This document shows, in pieces, positions 27,603-41,116 of a stretch of 64,000 nucleotides of DNA (positions are counted from its first letter, which is position 1; each line of letters opens with the position of its first letter). The stretch comes from Octopus vulgaris. Lineage: Eukaryota. The stretch is from assembly GCA_951406725.2 (NCBI GenBank), contig OX597827.1, positions 82,336,001 through 82,400,000 of the forward strand. The letters run 5' to 3'. The translations under genes were made by a program, and so were the position numbers. The notes under the pieces were generated by a model, which saw only the letters and a list, made by a program, of their open reading frames with translations, made no database searches and was not told where the DNA came from.

Positions 27603-29047
27603 AAGATGTGCTTTTACCTGTCTCTTCTCAAAGCTTGTTCTTTCAAGCGTTCACATCGTCTTGGTTAATAGCCCTCACCATTGTTTTTACTGTTTTTTTC
27701 TCACTGTCCTGTTTTTGTTACCACTTTCACCCTCTGCAAAAAATCCCGAATTTTATTTAATTTGCTTTGTGAGAAGGACTGTTTTAACGAAGTTGCATCT
27801 TATCCTTACCTTCAAAACATGGAGTAGATAAAACAGGGGACAACTGATGAAGGGAATTTTCTTTATGTTGCATCTCTCATTTCTCTGTTTTTTTCGTTGT
27901 TCGAAAAATTCATTTTCTATGTTATTGTTTTTTATGTTCTCGTTTCTCATTCTGACCACGTTTATTTGATGTCCCGTACCCATATATGCATGTATATATA
28001 CATATATATGTAAGTATGTACATATATGTATGTATATATGCATATATTTATACATTATTGATATATATATATATAGGTCACATGTGCCGGTGGCACGTAA
28101 AAAGCACCCACTACATTCGCGGAGTGGTCGGCGTTAGGAAGAGCATCCAGCCGTAGAAACATTTCCAGATTAGACCGGAGCCTGGTACAGCCTCTTGGCT
28201 TCCCAGACCCTGGTCGAACCGTCCAACCCATGCTAGCGCGGAAAACGGACGTTAAACGATGATGATGATGATGATGATGATGATGAAGGACACAGAGTGT
28301 CATATAGCCAGCTAGAAACGATGGTTCTTGGGACTAAAAACACCAGTAACATTCGTCCCTTTCAGGACAGCCACATCATGGGGACAAATACCCTTTACTT
28401 TAAAGAACTGTTACTGAATGTCTCCATTTCAGAGATTTAGAAATAATACCATTTCTATTCCTATATATATATTGTTGTGTCTTCTTCCTGATCAACTGAG
28501 GATCAGGAACAAGAAGTTCTGAGTAGTGACTCATTTGAACCCATTGCTCAATAAATATTGCCATTCTCTTCTACAGCATTTTGTACTTCCTTGGCTTTAG
28601 GTGCATCTCATTCTTTTCCAATATTAACTGCCATTATACACACACACATACATATATACACATGCATACACTTTTACACACAAACACACACACATACACA
28701 CATATATATATCAAAAGAATGTTATAATACTATTCCAGTCATATATATATATACACACACATACTTATATATACATGTATGAATATATATATATATATAT
28801 ATATAATATATATATATATATATAAAATATATATATATGCATATACATACATATATGTATATTCATACATACACACACATATCTACATATCAAAGGGCGT
28901 GTTATAATACTATTCCACAGCCATATATATATATATGTATATGTATGTATATATGTATGTGTGTATATATATATATATATATAAACACACACACACATAC
29001 ATGTACATATACACACATGTGTATAAGTGTGAGCATGTAAGCATATA

Positions 29048-29169
<122 letters not shown>

Positions 29170-29345
29170 AAAGTGTGAGTGTGTGTGTGTGTTTGAGCCC
29201 TGCATGCATGTACAGCTGTCAACCAATTCTTAGCTACTAATTATCTATAAATCAATGATTCCATGCCTCTCTTACCTTGGCCAGCATCCTTCCTGCTATC
29301 AGGCTATTAATTATCTCCCCTACCACTTTATGTGACACAAGCTGA

Positions 29346-29492
29346 CACCAGGGGGCAGTGAACTACCAATGGATTTATTTCAACTGATTGTGTCTGAGCT
29401 GCCTACTTGGAACAGTAGAATCCAACACCAGGGGGCAGTGATGTTACAGTCCAGTGACTGGATATTGGTGAATCTGTCACCAGATGGCAGTA
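29346..29492 (+). promoter_or_regulatory. Three co-oriented CTCF-type motifs
   Basis: CACCAGGGGGCAGTG at 29346 and 29426, CACCAGATGGCAGTA at 29478, with non-repetitive spacers. Confidence 0.55.
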
Positions 29493-30062
29493 GTGATGTC
29501 ACAGATGAATGGCTAGTTCTGAACTTCCTGGTCTGTAAAATATTAAAACTTAGCTTATTGCAGCGGAGCAGCTTTCATTTCTGACATACTCTTCTGGCTA
29601 AGCAGATTCATCTCACAACCTTATGGTTCTGGGTTCAAACTCACACACCAGCACCTTGGGCCAATCTCCTCTGCTGTAACCTCACATTGTCCAATATATT
29701 GTGAGTGTAATTTTGATGATAAATACTATATATTTATGAATGTTTGTGTGTTGTGAGTCTGCGTTTGTGAAAGAAAACCTTTGCAAAACTGTGTTGAGTT
29801 GTATTTCTTTATGCCAAAAACTGACTTAGCCATCCATACAATAAAGATCAATGAAATAAATCCCTGACTAAAACTGATGCTGTAGTTACAAGGCTTGCTT
29901 CCCCAAACATGTGGTTTTGGGGTTCAGTTCCACTCTATGGCACTTTGAGCAAGTGTCTTCTTCTATAGCCCCAGGCTGACCAAAGCTGTGCAAGTGGATT
30001 TGATAAATGGAAACTGAAAGAAGCCCATTGTATTTCTGTCTATCTATCTATCTATCTATCTA

Positions 30063-30236
<174 letters not shown>

Positions 30237-30309
30237 TGTGTGTGTGTATGCATTTTATATTTACTTTATATCTTCTTGCTTTTAATGATTCTGCAAAAAA
30301 AGAGTCCTG

Positions 30310-30935
30310 GAGAAGCCATTATGAAAGGCTGCTGAATTTGGAGAAGGAATAGCAGGAGGAGAGCCTGCCAAATGTTGACTCAGTAGAAGGATCAGCTACC
30401 TGAATAGATAGCACCCTGGTAGATAAAGCAATTAAGGATATGAAGTCACGAAAAGCCCATCAGGAATCACTGTTGAGATGCTTAAAACATCTGGTGGTGT
30501 GGGTCATGGCCTAGTCACCCGTATTGTAAACCAGGTAGTTCACAAAGGAGTCATAACCAATAACTGGCATAGCAGCACCATAGTCAACTGCTACAAGGGT
30601 AAAGGTGATGCTCTAGATATAAATAACTACAGGGTATCAAACTGCTGGATCAGATGATGAAGGTCACAGAGAGGATCATAGCCCAACTAATTTGGAAGAG
30701 AGTCTGCTTAATTGAGATTCAGTTCAGTTTCATGCCAGGTAGAAGCACCACTGATGCTATGTTCCTGGTACAGCAACTGCAGGAGAAATATCTAGCCAAA
30801 GATAAACCCCTATACTTGGCTTTTGTTGACTTGGAGAAAGCCTTTGACAGGGTCCCCCAATCCCTTATCTGGTGGGTGATGTGGAAACTGGGGATTGACA
30901 AGTGGTTAATAAGAGCTGTACAGGGATGCCATTAG
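30310..30935 (+). mobile_element. RTE-clade LINE RT fragment
   Basis: CYKGKGDAL..NY, QFSFMPGRSTTDAMFLVQQLQEKYL..LYLAFVDLEKAFDRVP. Confidence 0.9.
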
Positions 30936-31316
30936 TATATTAGTATATTTAATTATTCATTGGGTCTATCTTATATAAATTGGTTTATTGTTGTGTAATC
31001 TGTTTAAGGATGTAACCAGTTTTAGTTGGTAATGTTGACAAAAATTAAAAAAGACCTTTTATTGCAAAAATAGGGAATCTGCAAATTGGAAACCCTAAAG
31101 TGTGACATCCTGAAAGAAATCAAATTTTACATCAACACCCAATGTGCTGAACATCACAGCTAAATCTCCATCAAATCCCACTTTTCTGGTTTCTAAAATA
31201 ATATAAGTTAGGTAATATATGAACTTGAATCCTGAGGCATATTACAAGGTCAGGATCTTCACTTGGCAATGGTGGTTATGATTTCACACACACATATATA
31301 CATACATAATACATAC

Positions 31317-31358
<42 letters not shown>

Positions 31359-31500
31359 TTATATATATATATATCTTTTATCTTTGATCTTTTACTTGTT
31401 TCAGTCATTCAACTGTGGCCATGCTGGGGTACTTTGGGCAAATGTTTTCTACTACAGTTTTTGTAAGTGGATTTGGTAGACAGAAACTAAAATAAGCCCA

Positions 31501-31600
<100 letters not shown>

Positions 31601-31635
31601 AAGGTTTGAAAATGCAATTTAAACGATGTTTATTT

Positions 31636-31676
31636 ACTTAACCGGTTTCACTCTTTGGTAAAAGATTGTCAAAAGT
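31636..31676 (-). ncRNA. Hammerhead-like motif, U3-A8 core variant (left-arm copy)
   Basis: Reverse complement of 31990-32030. Confidence 0.5.
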
Positions 31677-31989
31677 TACATTTAAGGAAACATTGAATAA
31701 TATGGGTTCAAAAAAGTTTTTTACATAATTGTCACATTGAATATTATGCATTCAAAAAAGTTTTTTACATAATTGTCACATTGGATATTATGGGTTCAAA
31801 AAAAGTTTTTTACATAATTGTCACATTGAATATTATGCAATGTGACAATTATGTAAAAAACTTTTTTTGAACCCATAATATCCAATGTGACAATTATGTA
31901 AAAAACTTTTTTGAATGCATAATATTCAATGTGACAATTATGTAAAAACTTTTTTTGAACCCATATTATTCAATGTTTCCTTAAATGTA

Positions 31990-32030
31990 ACTTTTGACAA
32001 TCTTTTACCAAAGAGTGAAACCGGTTAAGT
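31990..32030 (+). ncRNA. Hammerhead-like motif, U3-A8 core variant (right-arm copy)
   Basis: ACTT-TTGACAA-TCTTT-TACC-AAAGA-GT-GAAAC-CG-GTT-AAGT. Confidence 0.5.
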
Positions 32031-32106
32031 AAATAAACATCGTTTAAATTGCATTTTCAAACCTTTTTTCTTATATAATCCCACTCGTGCGATACCCCAC
32101 AACTCA

Positions 32107-32169
<63 letters not shown>

Positions 32170-32177
32170 GAATATAT

Positions 32178-32647
32178 GTATAAAGTCATAAATGATGGAG
32201 ATATAGTTTGATGAAACTTTATTTAACAATAAGAAAACTCAAATATTACAAATTGTTTCATAACTTAAAAACATGTAAATAGTTTATATTATTACATTTA
32301 ATGATGAATAAATTACTTACATGTCTGCATAAAAGCAAAATGTTAAAAATCTTTCAAAATATATTAGAAGGTAAGTTAGATCCCCAGGTGAAAGAAAGTC
32401 TCTGTCAAATAGTAAATTCTCAACATAACATTACAAAATAAATATCTAAAAGATTATAGAAGACAATAATAATAAAATTGATATAAAATAAGATGATTGT
32501 CTAATAAATGGAAAAGAATTTTAGTAATGTAATTAAAAAGTAACTAGTAGATATTATTAGTACAATAAAAGAAAGAGATATATTTATTACTAAAAATCTA
32601 GAAAATAAAGATCGTAAAAACAGACAAAAATAATAATAATAATAATG

Positions 32648-32721
<74 letters not shown>

Positions 32722-33026
32722 TATAATAATAATAACAAAATAAAACTAAATAAAAGTATTTAGAGAGAGTATTTATAAAATATAGGGATTGATATCAACA
32801 AGAAAATATGAACGATATTAAATTTTAAAATTTTCTAGAAATTTGAAGATATAAGTAAGCATTTAAAAAAATTGAAATTAATGAAACAGTTTTTTAAGAT
32901 GAGAAGTGAGATTTATTAAAATATTGAGAAGTAATTATAGTTTTGGTCTAAAGAGAGGAAACTCATAAATTGATTGTTAAATGAAGTTTCATCAAGTTAG
33001 TTCTCTGTCTTTCATGACTTTATACA
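32178..33026. repeat. Older AT-rich element with ~50-bp terminal inverted repeats and central (AAT)n
   Basis: GTATAAAGTCAT..TTGATGAAACTTTATTTAACAAT inverted at ~32973-33026. Confidence 0.65.
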
Positions 33027-33136
33027 CTCCTTATGTTTTTCTCTTTTTTTCTCTGTGTTTTGTGGAATGAAACATTAAGGGGCTTTTTTTAATGAGTAAT
33101 ACTGGGATTATTTGAATCCATATATTGTGACTTAGT

Positions 33137-33297
33137 CACAGGAGTGGCTGTGTGGTACAAAACTTGCTTCCCAACCACACCGTCCTGGGTTCAGTCCCAC
33201 TGTGTGACACCTTGGGAATGTGTCTTGTACTATAGCTTCGGGCTGACGAATGCCTTGTGAGTAAATTTGGTAGACGGAAACTGAAAGAAGCTCATCG

Positions 33298-33374
<77 letters not shown>

Positions 33375-33580
33375 TTGTGTGTCTGTGTTTGTCCCCCACC
33401 ATCGCTTGACACCAATGTTGTGTGTTTATGTCACCATAACTTAGCAGTTCAGCAAAAGAGCCCAATAGAATAAGTACTAGGCTTACAAAGAATAAGTCCT
33501 GGGGTTAATTTGTTCAACTAAAGGTGGTGCCCCAGCATGGCTGCAGTCAAATGACTGAAAAAAATAAAACAATAAAAATA
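33137..33580 (+). mobile_element. Full-length tRNA-derived SINE, followed by a partial duplicate at ~33660-33870
   Basis: Same head, body and tail as 21597-21989. Confidence 0.85.
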
Positions 33581-33919
33581 ACAGCATATATATACAGATA
33601 TAGAAATAGATATATACACACACATATATATATAAATGTATATATCTATGTGTATGCCTCTTTGTTTTTGTGTTTGTCCCCACCTCCATCACAACCAATA
33701 TTAACGTGTTTATGTCCCTGTAACTTAGTGGTTTGGTAAAACAGACTGATAAAATAAATACAAGGCTTAAAAGTAAGTCCTGGGGTCAATTTTTGCAACT
33801 AAAATTCTTCAGGGTAGTGTGCTCCAGCATGGCCACAGTCAAATGATTTAAACAAGTAAAGGAATAAAAGCAAGAATATACATATGTATATATATGTGTG
33901 TTTGTGTATGTATATATAT

Positions 33920-34705
33920 CATCATCATCATCATCATCATCATTATTTAGCGTCCATTGTCCATGCTGACATGGGTTGGACTGTTTGACCAGGGCTGGTA
34001 AGCTGGAAGGCTGCATCAGACTTCGGTCTAATTTGGCATGGTCTCTATGGTTGGATGCCTTTCCTAATACTAACCACTCTGAAAGTGTAATGGTGCCTTT
34101 ATGTGTCACCAGCATGGGTACCATTTTTGTGACACTGGTATCTGCCATGACTGCAATTTAGCTCACCTTGATGGGTCTTCTTCTCAAGCATGACATAATA
34201 CCAAAGGTTTCAGTCATTGCCTCCATGAGGCCCAACACCCAAAAGCAGCTTTTCACATGCTACCGGCATCAGCCAAGTGAGCCTCAATGAGGCTCAACAC
34301 TTGAAAATTGCATTTCACGTACCACCGGCACAAGTGCCAGTTATGAGACACTGGCATCAGTCATGACTACGATTTCACTTGACTTGATGGGTTTTCTCAA
34401 GCACAGCATATCGCCAAAGGTCTCGGTCATTAGTCATTGCCGCTGTGAGGCCCAAAGTTCAAAGATCATGCTTCATCACCTCATCCCATGTCTTCTTGGG
34501 TCTACCTCTACCACAGGTTCTCTCCACAGTTAGAGATCGGCACTTTTTTACACAGCTGTCCTCGTCCATATGCATCACATGACCATATCAGCATATTCGT
34601 CTCTCTTACACACCACATCTGATGTCTCTTATGCCCAACTTTACTCACAGGATGCTTGCAGTCTATTGAACATGCACACTGACATTGCACATCCAGCAAA
34701 GCATA
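33920..34705 (-). mobile_element. RTE LINE 3' end (ORF C-terminus + 3' UTR + (GAT)n tail)
   Basis: Minus strand YGHVMHMDEDSCVKKC..TCGRGRPKKTWDEV running into the shared RTE tail. Confidence 0.8.
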
Positions 34706-34752
34706 CTAGCTTCATTTATATATTTATACATATATATAGAGCATATATATAG

Positions 34753-34828
<76 letters not shown>

Positions 34829-37800
34829 TGACAGACAGACAGACAGACAGATAGAAATTTTTCTAATTTTGTGGTGAAAATATTAAAGTGTTCGATACAA
34901 TACTGTATTAAAAATGTGTAGATTGTGATATACAATGATTTATTCATGAGATAAACAGGAATTACACTTCTGAGCTCTAATCTTATTCAAATGACTTTTC
35001 AGTCGTTTGTACAAATTACTAGATTAAGAAGATATGACTCTTAATTGTGATAATTACAATAATTGCATCTTCATGTGGTTACATACACATTGGTGTGAAC
35101 TGTTGTTTTTGTCTCTTCTAAAATGCCTAAGAAGATATTTGAGTGTGTGTCAGCAGGTAGAAAATAATTCTGTCCTTTATGTTTTTTAGTGAGATTAAAT
35201 AGTTTCAGACTACCAAATTCCACTCCTATTGTATTGGTAAAGCTGAGGTTATTGTCTCAGGATTTTGTATGGGGACAACTGCCTAAATTGTTACAGGGTA
35301 AAATGATATCTAGAACTATAGAGTTTGGAAGTAGTGAAATGCTTAACCACACAGCCATCTTGTGTGCCTATATATATTATCATCATCATAATTTATCATC
35401 CCTTTTCTCATGCTGGCATGGATTGGAGGGTTCAACAAGAACAGAGAAGCCAGAGGGCTGCCCTAGGTTCTAGTTTCTACTGCTGGATGCCCTTCTTAAT
35501 GCCAACTACTTTACAGAGTGTATTGGGTGCTTTTTATGTGGCAGCAGCATCAGTGAAGTTACCAATTATGTGCAAGATAAGATCCCTCAACTGAGCAGAA
35601 TATAAACAGAAGAGGGGAACTGTGATAGAGAGGAGCAAGAGTCTTGCTGAAGAGGTGAACACATGGCTTGCCCACCTGGAAAGTGAGAGAGAGAAAGACA
35701 TGCAAGGCCCAGGTATAATGTGTGTGTTTGTGTGTCTGTCTGTATGTGTGTGTGTGTATGTGTGTGTGTGTATGTATATATATATATGTATACATAATTG
35801 CTTAGTTGTTCATAAGTCTTAAGAAAAGTACACTCTAAACTTTTTTTGATCTTGAGCAGTAACATTATATGTAGTGATTGGTTACGACTAATTTAAAAGT
35901 TACCCTTCATTTTGCATCTGTTATTGCTTCTAGCATTATAGCCGACTCATGAGACTTGCTGACTGAAGGGAACCTCTCTACTAATGGAGGTATGAATACA
36001 GTATTGGTTAGCATGGTGGTGAAAAAACCCACTGAAACAAAATACTTTGAAGTGAAAATTCTTCTGGATGAGACTGAGCAATCTCCCTTTGAATGGTTCC
36101 AGTTGTGTCTGAAAAGGGTCAGTTTATATATGTTTTCCATTCACTTGTCAGCAAGCGGGGAAGCCCATGTCTTCAACATTTTCTCATGAGGGCAAAAACT
36201 AAATACTTCACTTCTAAAGTTTAAGAAGTACCCCCACCTCCAGATCAAGTGAATTTGTTCGAGTCCTTGCCATGTTGAAAGCATCTTCCGCTTCTGTTGA
36301 GGTATGGTTTCAGGTTGTTCTGGCCACCAGCATCTTGACTATGGCTGTAGTAAAGAGATTATTTGCCTCCAGCCAGTAGGCCTGTTGAGTTGCTTAAACT
36401 GCTAAGAGTAATAATAGACATGAAAACTGTGGTAACTTTCTGACTAGCCATGACCAACAACTCTACAACACACACACACACACACATATGTATGTGTGTG
36501 TGTATATATATGTATATATGTATACATACATATATATATATATATATATAGGTAGATATATGAATGTGTATATATATGTGTGTATATATTTATGTGTAAG
36601 AGATAGTTACTCTGCTTAAAGATTGCATAAATGGTTGCCCAAGTGTCTGTGTAGTACTCAACCACTTAGACTACATTAGGAGGTGTATGGAGTTCCATTG
36701 ATTGAAAAAAACTGGAGGACTCCTCATAGAAACCTGACTGGATCCATTCAGGTTTTGCCTCTTTTCTTTGCGTGCAGATCTAAGCATCAGTGTGTGTGTG
36801 TGTGTGTGTGTATACATCTATGTGCATATATATATACATGTGGATGTGTAAATGTGTGTGTGTGTGTGTGTGTGTGTGGTGTAGAAGCAGTACTGTACAA
36901 GTCACACATCAAAAGAAGCTGTCAAACAGCCATTAAGGTGAATACAAAGAAATAGACAGATTCGCCACCTCCCCCACCATCAACAACAACAACCACCACC
37001 ACCACCACCACCACCACCATCCAATTATCTAATTACTTTTAACAATCTTCACATTGTTAAATCAGTTTTTTTCAAATTCCCTGGATTCTTGTTGTTTTCT
37101 AGTTTCTTTTTTGCCCCCCTCCCCCCTCCCTTATTTTCTCTTTCTTTCTCTCTTTTCCCCTTTTTTTTTCTTTCTCTCTCTGTCTCTCTCATTCCTTTTC
37201 TCCTGCTATTTCCTCTCTCTCTTTCTCAATCCCTCTCTCTCTTGTCTTGTCTCTCCTCCCTCTCATCCTCATTCACTCTCCCTACCCCTCTTCTCTCTCT
37301 CTCTCTCATCCCCACCTCCTCTTCTTATCCCCCTTCCCTCCTCCTAAGTGACTTCTACCTCCTTACACTGCTCACCTCTACCCTTCCCCCCCAATTATCC
37401 AATCTACTCTAATACTCACCTCAATTATCCAATTTACCAGACACCTTCCTCTTCCCATCCCTCCCTCCTCTCCCCCCATACAAGACTACTTCTCCTTCCT
37501 CTCCCTCGCTCCCTCCAGCTCTCCACCACTTCACCACCACCACCACCACCACAACTATACCCTCATTATCAGTAAACCACACTACTAAACCACCATCACT
37601 ATTATCACCACCACCACCACCACCACCACCACCACTGATACACCACTATACTTTAGTAAATTACAATCACCATTTTACTGAAATTTATTAATATCTTCCT
37701 AAATACTTCTCAACCAGTTTCTCATTAGTTTAAATACTGTTGATTGACACCAACACACCACCATCACCACCGTCCCACCACTATCACCATCATCCTCTAC

Positions 37801-37879
37801 ATTAAAACGTTCATCATTATCACCACGATCACACCATTACCAACACTATCATCACCACCATCACCGCAATTTCTTTTAA

Positions 37880-38340
37880 ACTACACTGTCATTACACTGC
37901 CAGTAGACTATCACAAAACTGCCACAACACCGTCACTACACTGCTGCTACACTGCCACTACACTGTCGCTACACTGTCACTACACTGTCCCTATACTGCC
38001 ACTACACTGCCAATACACTATCACAATACTGCCGCTACACTGCCACTACACTGTCACTACACTGTCACTACACTGTCACTACACTGTCCCTATACTGCCA
38101 CTACACTGCCAATACACTATCACAATACTGCCACTACACTGTCGCTACACTGTCCCTACACTGCCACTACACTGTCAATACACTGCCACAACACTGTCCC
38201 TACACTGCCACTACACTGTCAATACACTGTCCCTATACTGCCACTACACTGTCAATACACTGCCACAACACTGTCCCTACACTGCCACAACACTGTCACT
38301 GCACTGCCTTGCTCAGCACTGATAACCACTGCATTTTCAC
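37880..38340. repeat. 11-bp minisatellite (ACTACACTGYC)n
   Basis: Seen directly; explains the repetitive 192-aa ORF. Confidence 0.9.
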
Positions 38341-38925
38341 TAACACTAACTATACACTGTCCCCTACTACACTACATATCCCCCATTGCACTGCCTCTGT
38401 CTACTTTAGCAACAACTACACTAGCATCTACTTCATATCACCACTCTGTGGATACAACTACCCTGTCCTCTAATATTACAACTGTGTTCTTACGTGTGTG
38501 TGTGTGTGTGTGTGTGTATACATGCGTGTCTGTGCTTCCAGTCTGCCTACAACCTCCAAGACTGCAACATGTTTCATTCAGACAATTCCAAAACTCAGTC
38601 AAGATTCTTCACTCTCCTCTCTTTTATTCATTTATTTATTTATTCATTCACTCCTCATCCATTTATTTCACTGATTTGCAAACACCTTACTTATATGACT
38701 ATGGTTACCTGCATGACTATGCCATATGTATATTTGTGTGTGTGTGCGTGAGTGTGTGTGTGTGTGTGTGTGTAAATACACACACATATACATATATATT
38801 GTATATCAATAGAAAAGGTCATTGGAAGGTGTGACTAGAAAGGTCACGTCACAGGGCCATACAGAAATTAAGTGGAGGTGGGCATGAGTGGGGAAGAGAA
38901 AAAGAGGGAGAAAGAGAGAGAGTGT

Positions 38926-38961
<36 letters not shown>

Positions 38962-39172
38962 TTGTTGCAAGGAAATCTTTAGAAACAAAAATTATGAGGA
39001 AATTTATGGAAGAAATCCGGAAAAAAAATGATGATGATGTTGATGATGAAATGCATGAATGCAAAGAGAACAGGTAAGAAGTGGTGGTGGTGGGAGGAAG
39101 AAGAGGATGGGGGTGGAGAGGTGAAGAAGAGGACGAAATATAAAAGAAAATGTCTAAAACGTGAATGTCAAC

Positions 39173-39367
39173 CTGTGTTGCCATGTTGACGTTTATAATG
39201 GTTTGGTAGAGTGGAGGAACCAAATGATATTTCATCTCCATTAGACAGAGAAAAACCGCTGAGATTCTTCAACTCTGCAACTTCATTGCTGCCATCATCA
39301 TCATCATCATCATCGTCATCATCGTCGTCATCAATGTCATCGTTGTTGTTGTCGTTCAACTCAGATT
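39173..39367 (-). other. Candidate 195-nt exon
   Basis: Pyrimidine tract + TGTAG acceptor, open symmetric phase-1 frame (ESELNDNNNDD..RQHGNT), weak donor CAG|GTTGAC; no recognisable homology. Confidence 0.25.
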
Positions 39368-39901
39368 CTACACAGAAACAAAATGAAGAAGAAGAAATAG
39401 AAAAAGAAAGAGAAAAAAAAAACAAGGCAGGTGGTGGTGGTGGTAGGGGTGAACGATGAAGAGAAAGTTATAAATTGTGTAAAAGTCAAGGGATTTGCTG
39501 GGAATTTTCCACCTTTCACGAAAAGTTTATTGTATAAAATGACAATGAATGTTGTGGCAAAGACATTTTAGAATCAAATGGATTAGAACGACCAAGTGCA
39601 ACGATGCTCGTGACCGGTTTACGATTGCTGCTGCCTTCTTCTTCTTCTTCTTCTTCCAAAGATGGCAATTTGTTTTATTCTTGCAATGTCTTTTAGTTTG
39701 CATTATTTATATATTTATTCCTTTTGTTGTTTTGTCTTTGTTTCTCGTTTGGTTTTGTTTTATTATCGTTGGGAATAGATTTTAGATTTATTTCTTTCAC
39801 AAATGTTCAAAGAATGGGAACTGTCAACATTGGTAATGTTGATGAGTTGGCCAACAGCACGGAAACTCTTGCAGTCGCCTCTCTTTCACTCTCTCTCTCT
39901 C

Positions 39902-39933
<32 letters not shown>

Positions 39934-40021
39934 TGAGTGAGAGATAGATAAATGTACATTTATATATGTATATGTACACCTATCTGCCTATCTATCCCTC
40001 TATTTATCTATCGATCTATCC

Positions 40022-40106
<85 letters not shown>

Positions 40107-40192
40107 TAAACACACAAATATATATTTACTTATGTATATACTACATGTATGTTTATATATACATATATATATGTATATATATACATATATAT

Positions 40193-40250
<58 letters not shown>

Positions 40251-40269
40251 CATACATATATATATATAT

Positions 40270-40309
<40 letters not shown>

Positions 40310-40394
40310 GTGCCTGATCCTCCTCTCTTAATCTAGTTCTGCATTACTTATATCTTTCCGCTTTCACATGCTTTTCTTTCTCTTCTTTCTCATA

Positions 40395-40436
<42 letters not shown>

Positions 40437-40769
40437 ACCCGGTGGATAAACAGCATATTTCTTCATATCCAAAGGTTTCGTATAATCAACTGTACAATTG
40501 ATTTTGATCATTAGTAATTCTAATATTTTAGTCTCACTGATTGATATGGCTGACTGTAATGCCAAATGCACAAAACTTTTACCTGCAAAGAAATAATTCC
40601 TTTTATAACCATTCCCAGACTCACTAGATTCCTATCATATTTCTATATTGAGCACTTTTGAATTTTCTTTTCTGAAATACAAAACTGTGTATATATATAT
40701 ATACATATATATATATGCTCGTATGCATCCTTTCAAGAGATATGTTAACCTTTGTTCTATAATCTCATA

Positions 40770-40887
40770 AAATCCCTGAAGAAGTTCATCCCCATATAGT
40801 TAAAAATGATCTCATTCTTAGCCTATAACCAAATGCTTAGAATTACCTATCAACTGGGGCATGAACCGAAACATATATGTAGGCTTT
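40770..40887 (+). ncRNA. Type-I hammerhead motif with extended stem II
   Basis: AAATCC-CTGAAGA-A-GTTCATCCCCA...TGGGGCATGAAC-C-GAAAC-ATATAT-GTA-GGCTTT. Confidence 0.7.
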
Positions 40888-41060
40888 TTTTTTTTATCCC
40901 ATCTCCCATTTCTTTTTGAGCTTTACAATTTATAACTTATTTGTATTGTTATTTCTAAAAAATTTCAACATTTTTATAACATACAAATAAATTATTCAAA
41001 CATCCATCTTTCTTCATTTTCTTTCTTTCAACACACACACACAAACACACACACACACAT

Positions 41061-41114
<54 letters not shown>

Positions 41115-41116
<2 letters not shown>

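Noticed and set aside
27760-27910. CTGATGA at ~27845 as a hammerhead core
   Set aside because: Could not build stem II, GAAAC and stem I consistently; probably a repeat but fold unsupported
28476-28520. Short hairpin TTCCTGATC/GATCAGGAA
   Set aside because: Too short and isolated to assign a function
31700-31970. CRISPR-like repeated units
   Set aside because: No unique spacers, eukaryotic context, part of a palindrome
37744-38322. 192-aa repetitive Cys/His ORF
   Set aside because: An 11-bp unit is not codon-phased; minisatellite
38990-39080. Plus-strand donor CAG|GTAAGA after a short acidic frame
   Set aside because: No convincing acceptor; low complexity
39500-39510. NF-kB-like site GGGAATTTTCC
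   Set aside because: A single short motif is not unexpected by chance in 64 kb
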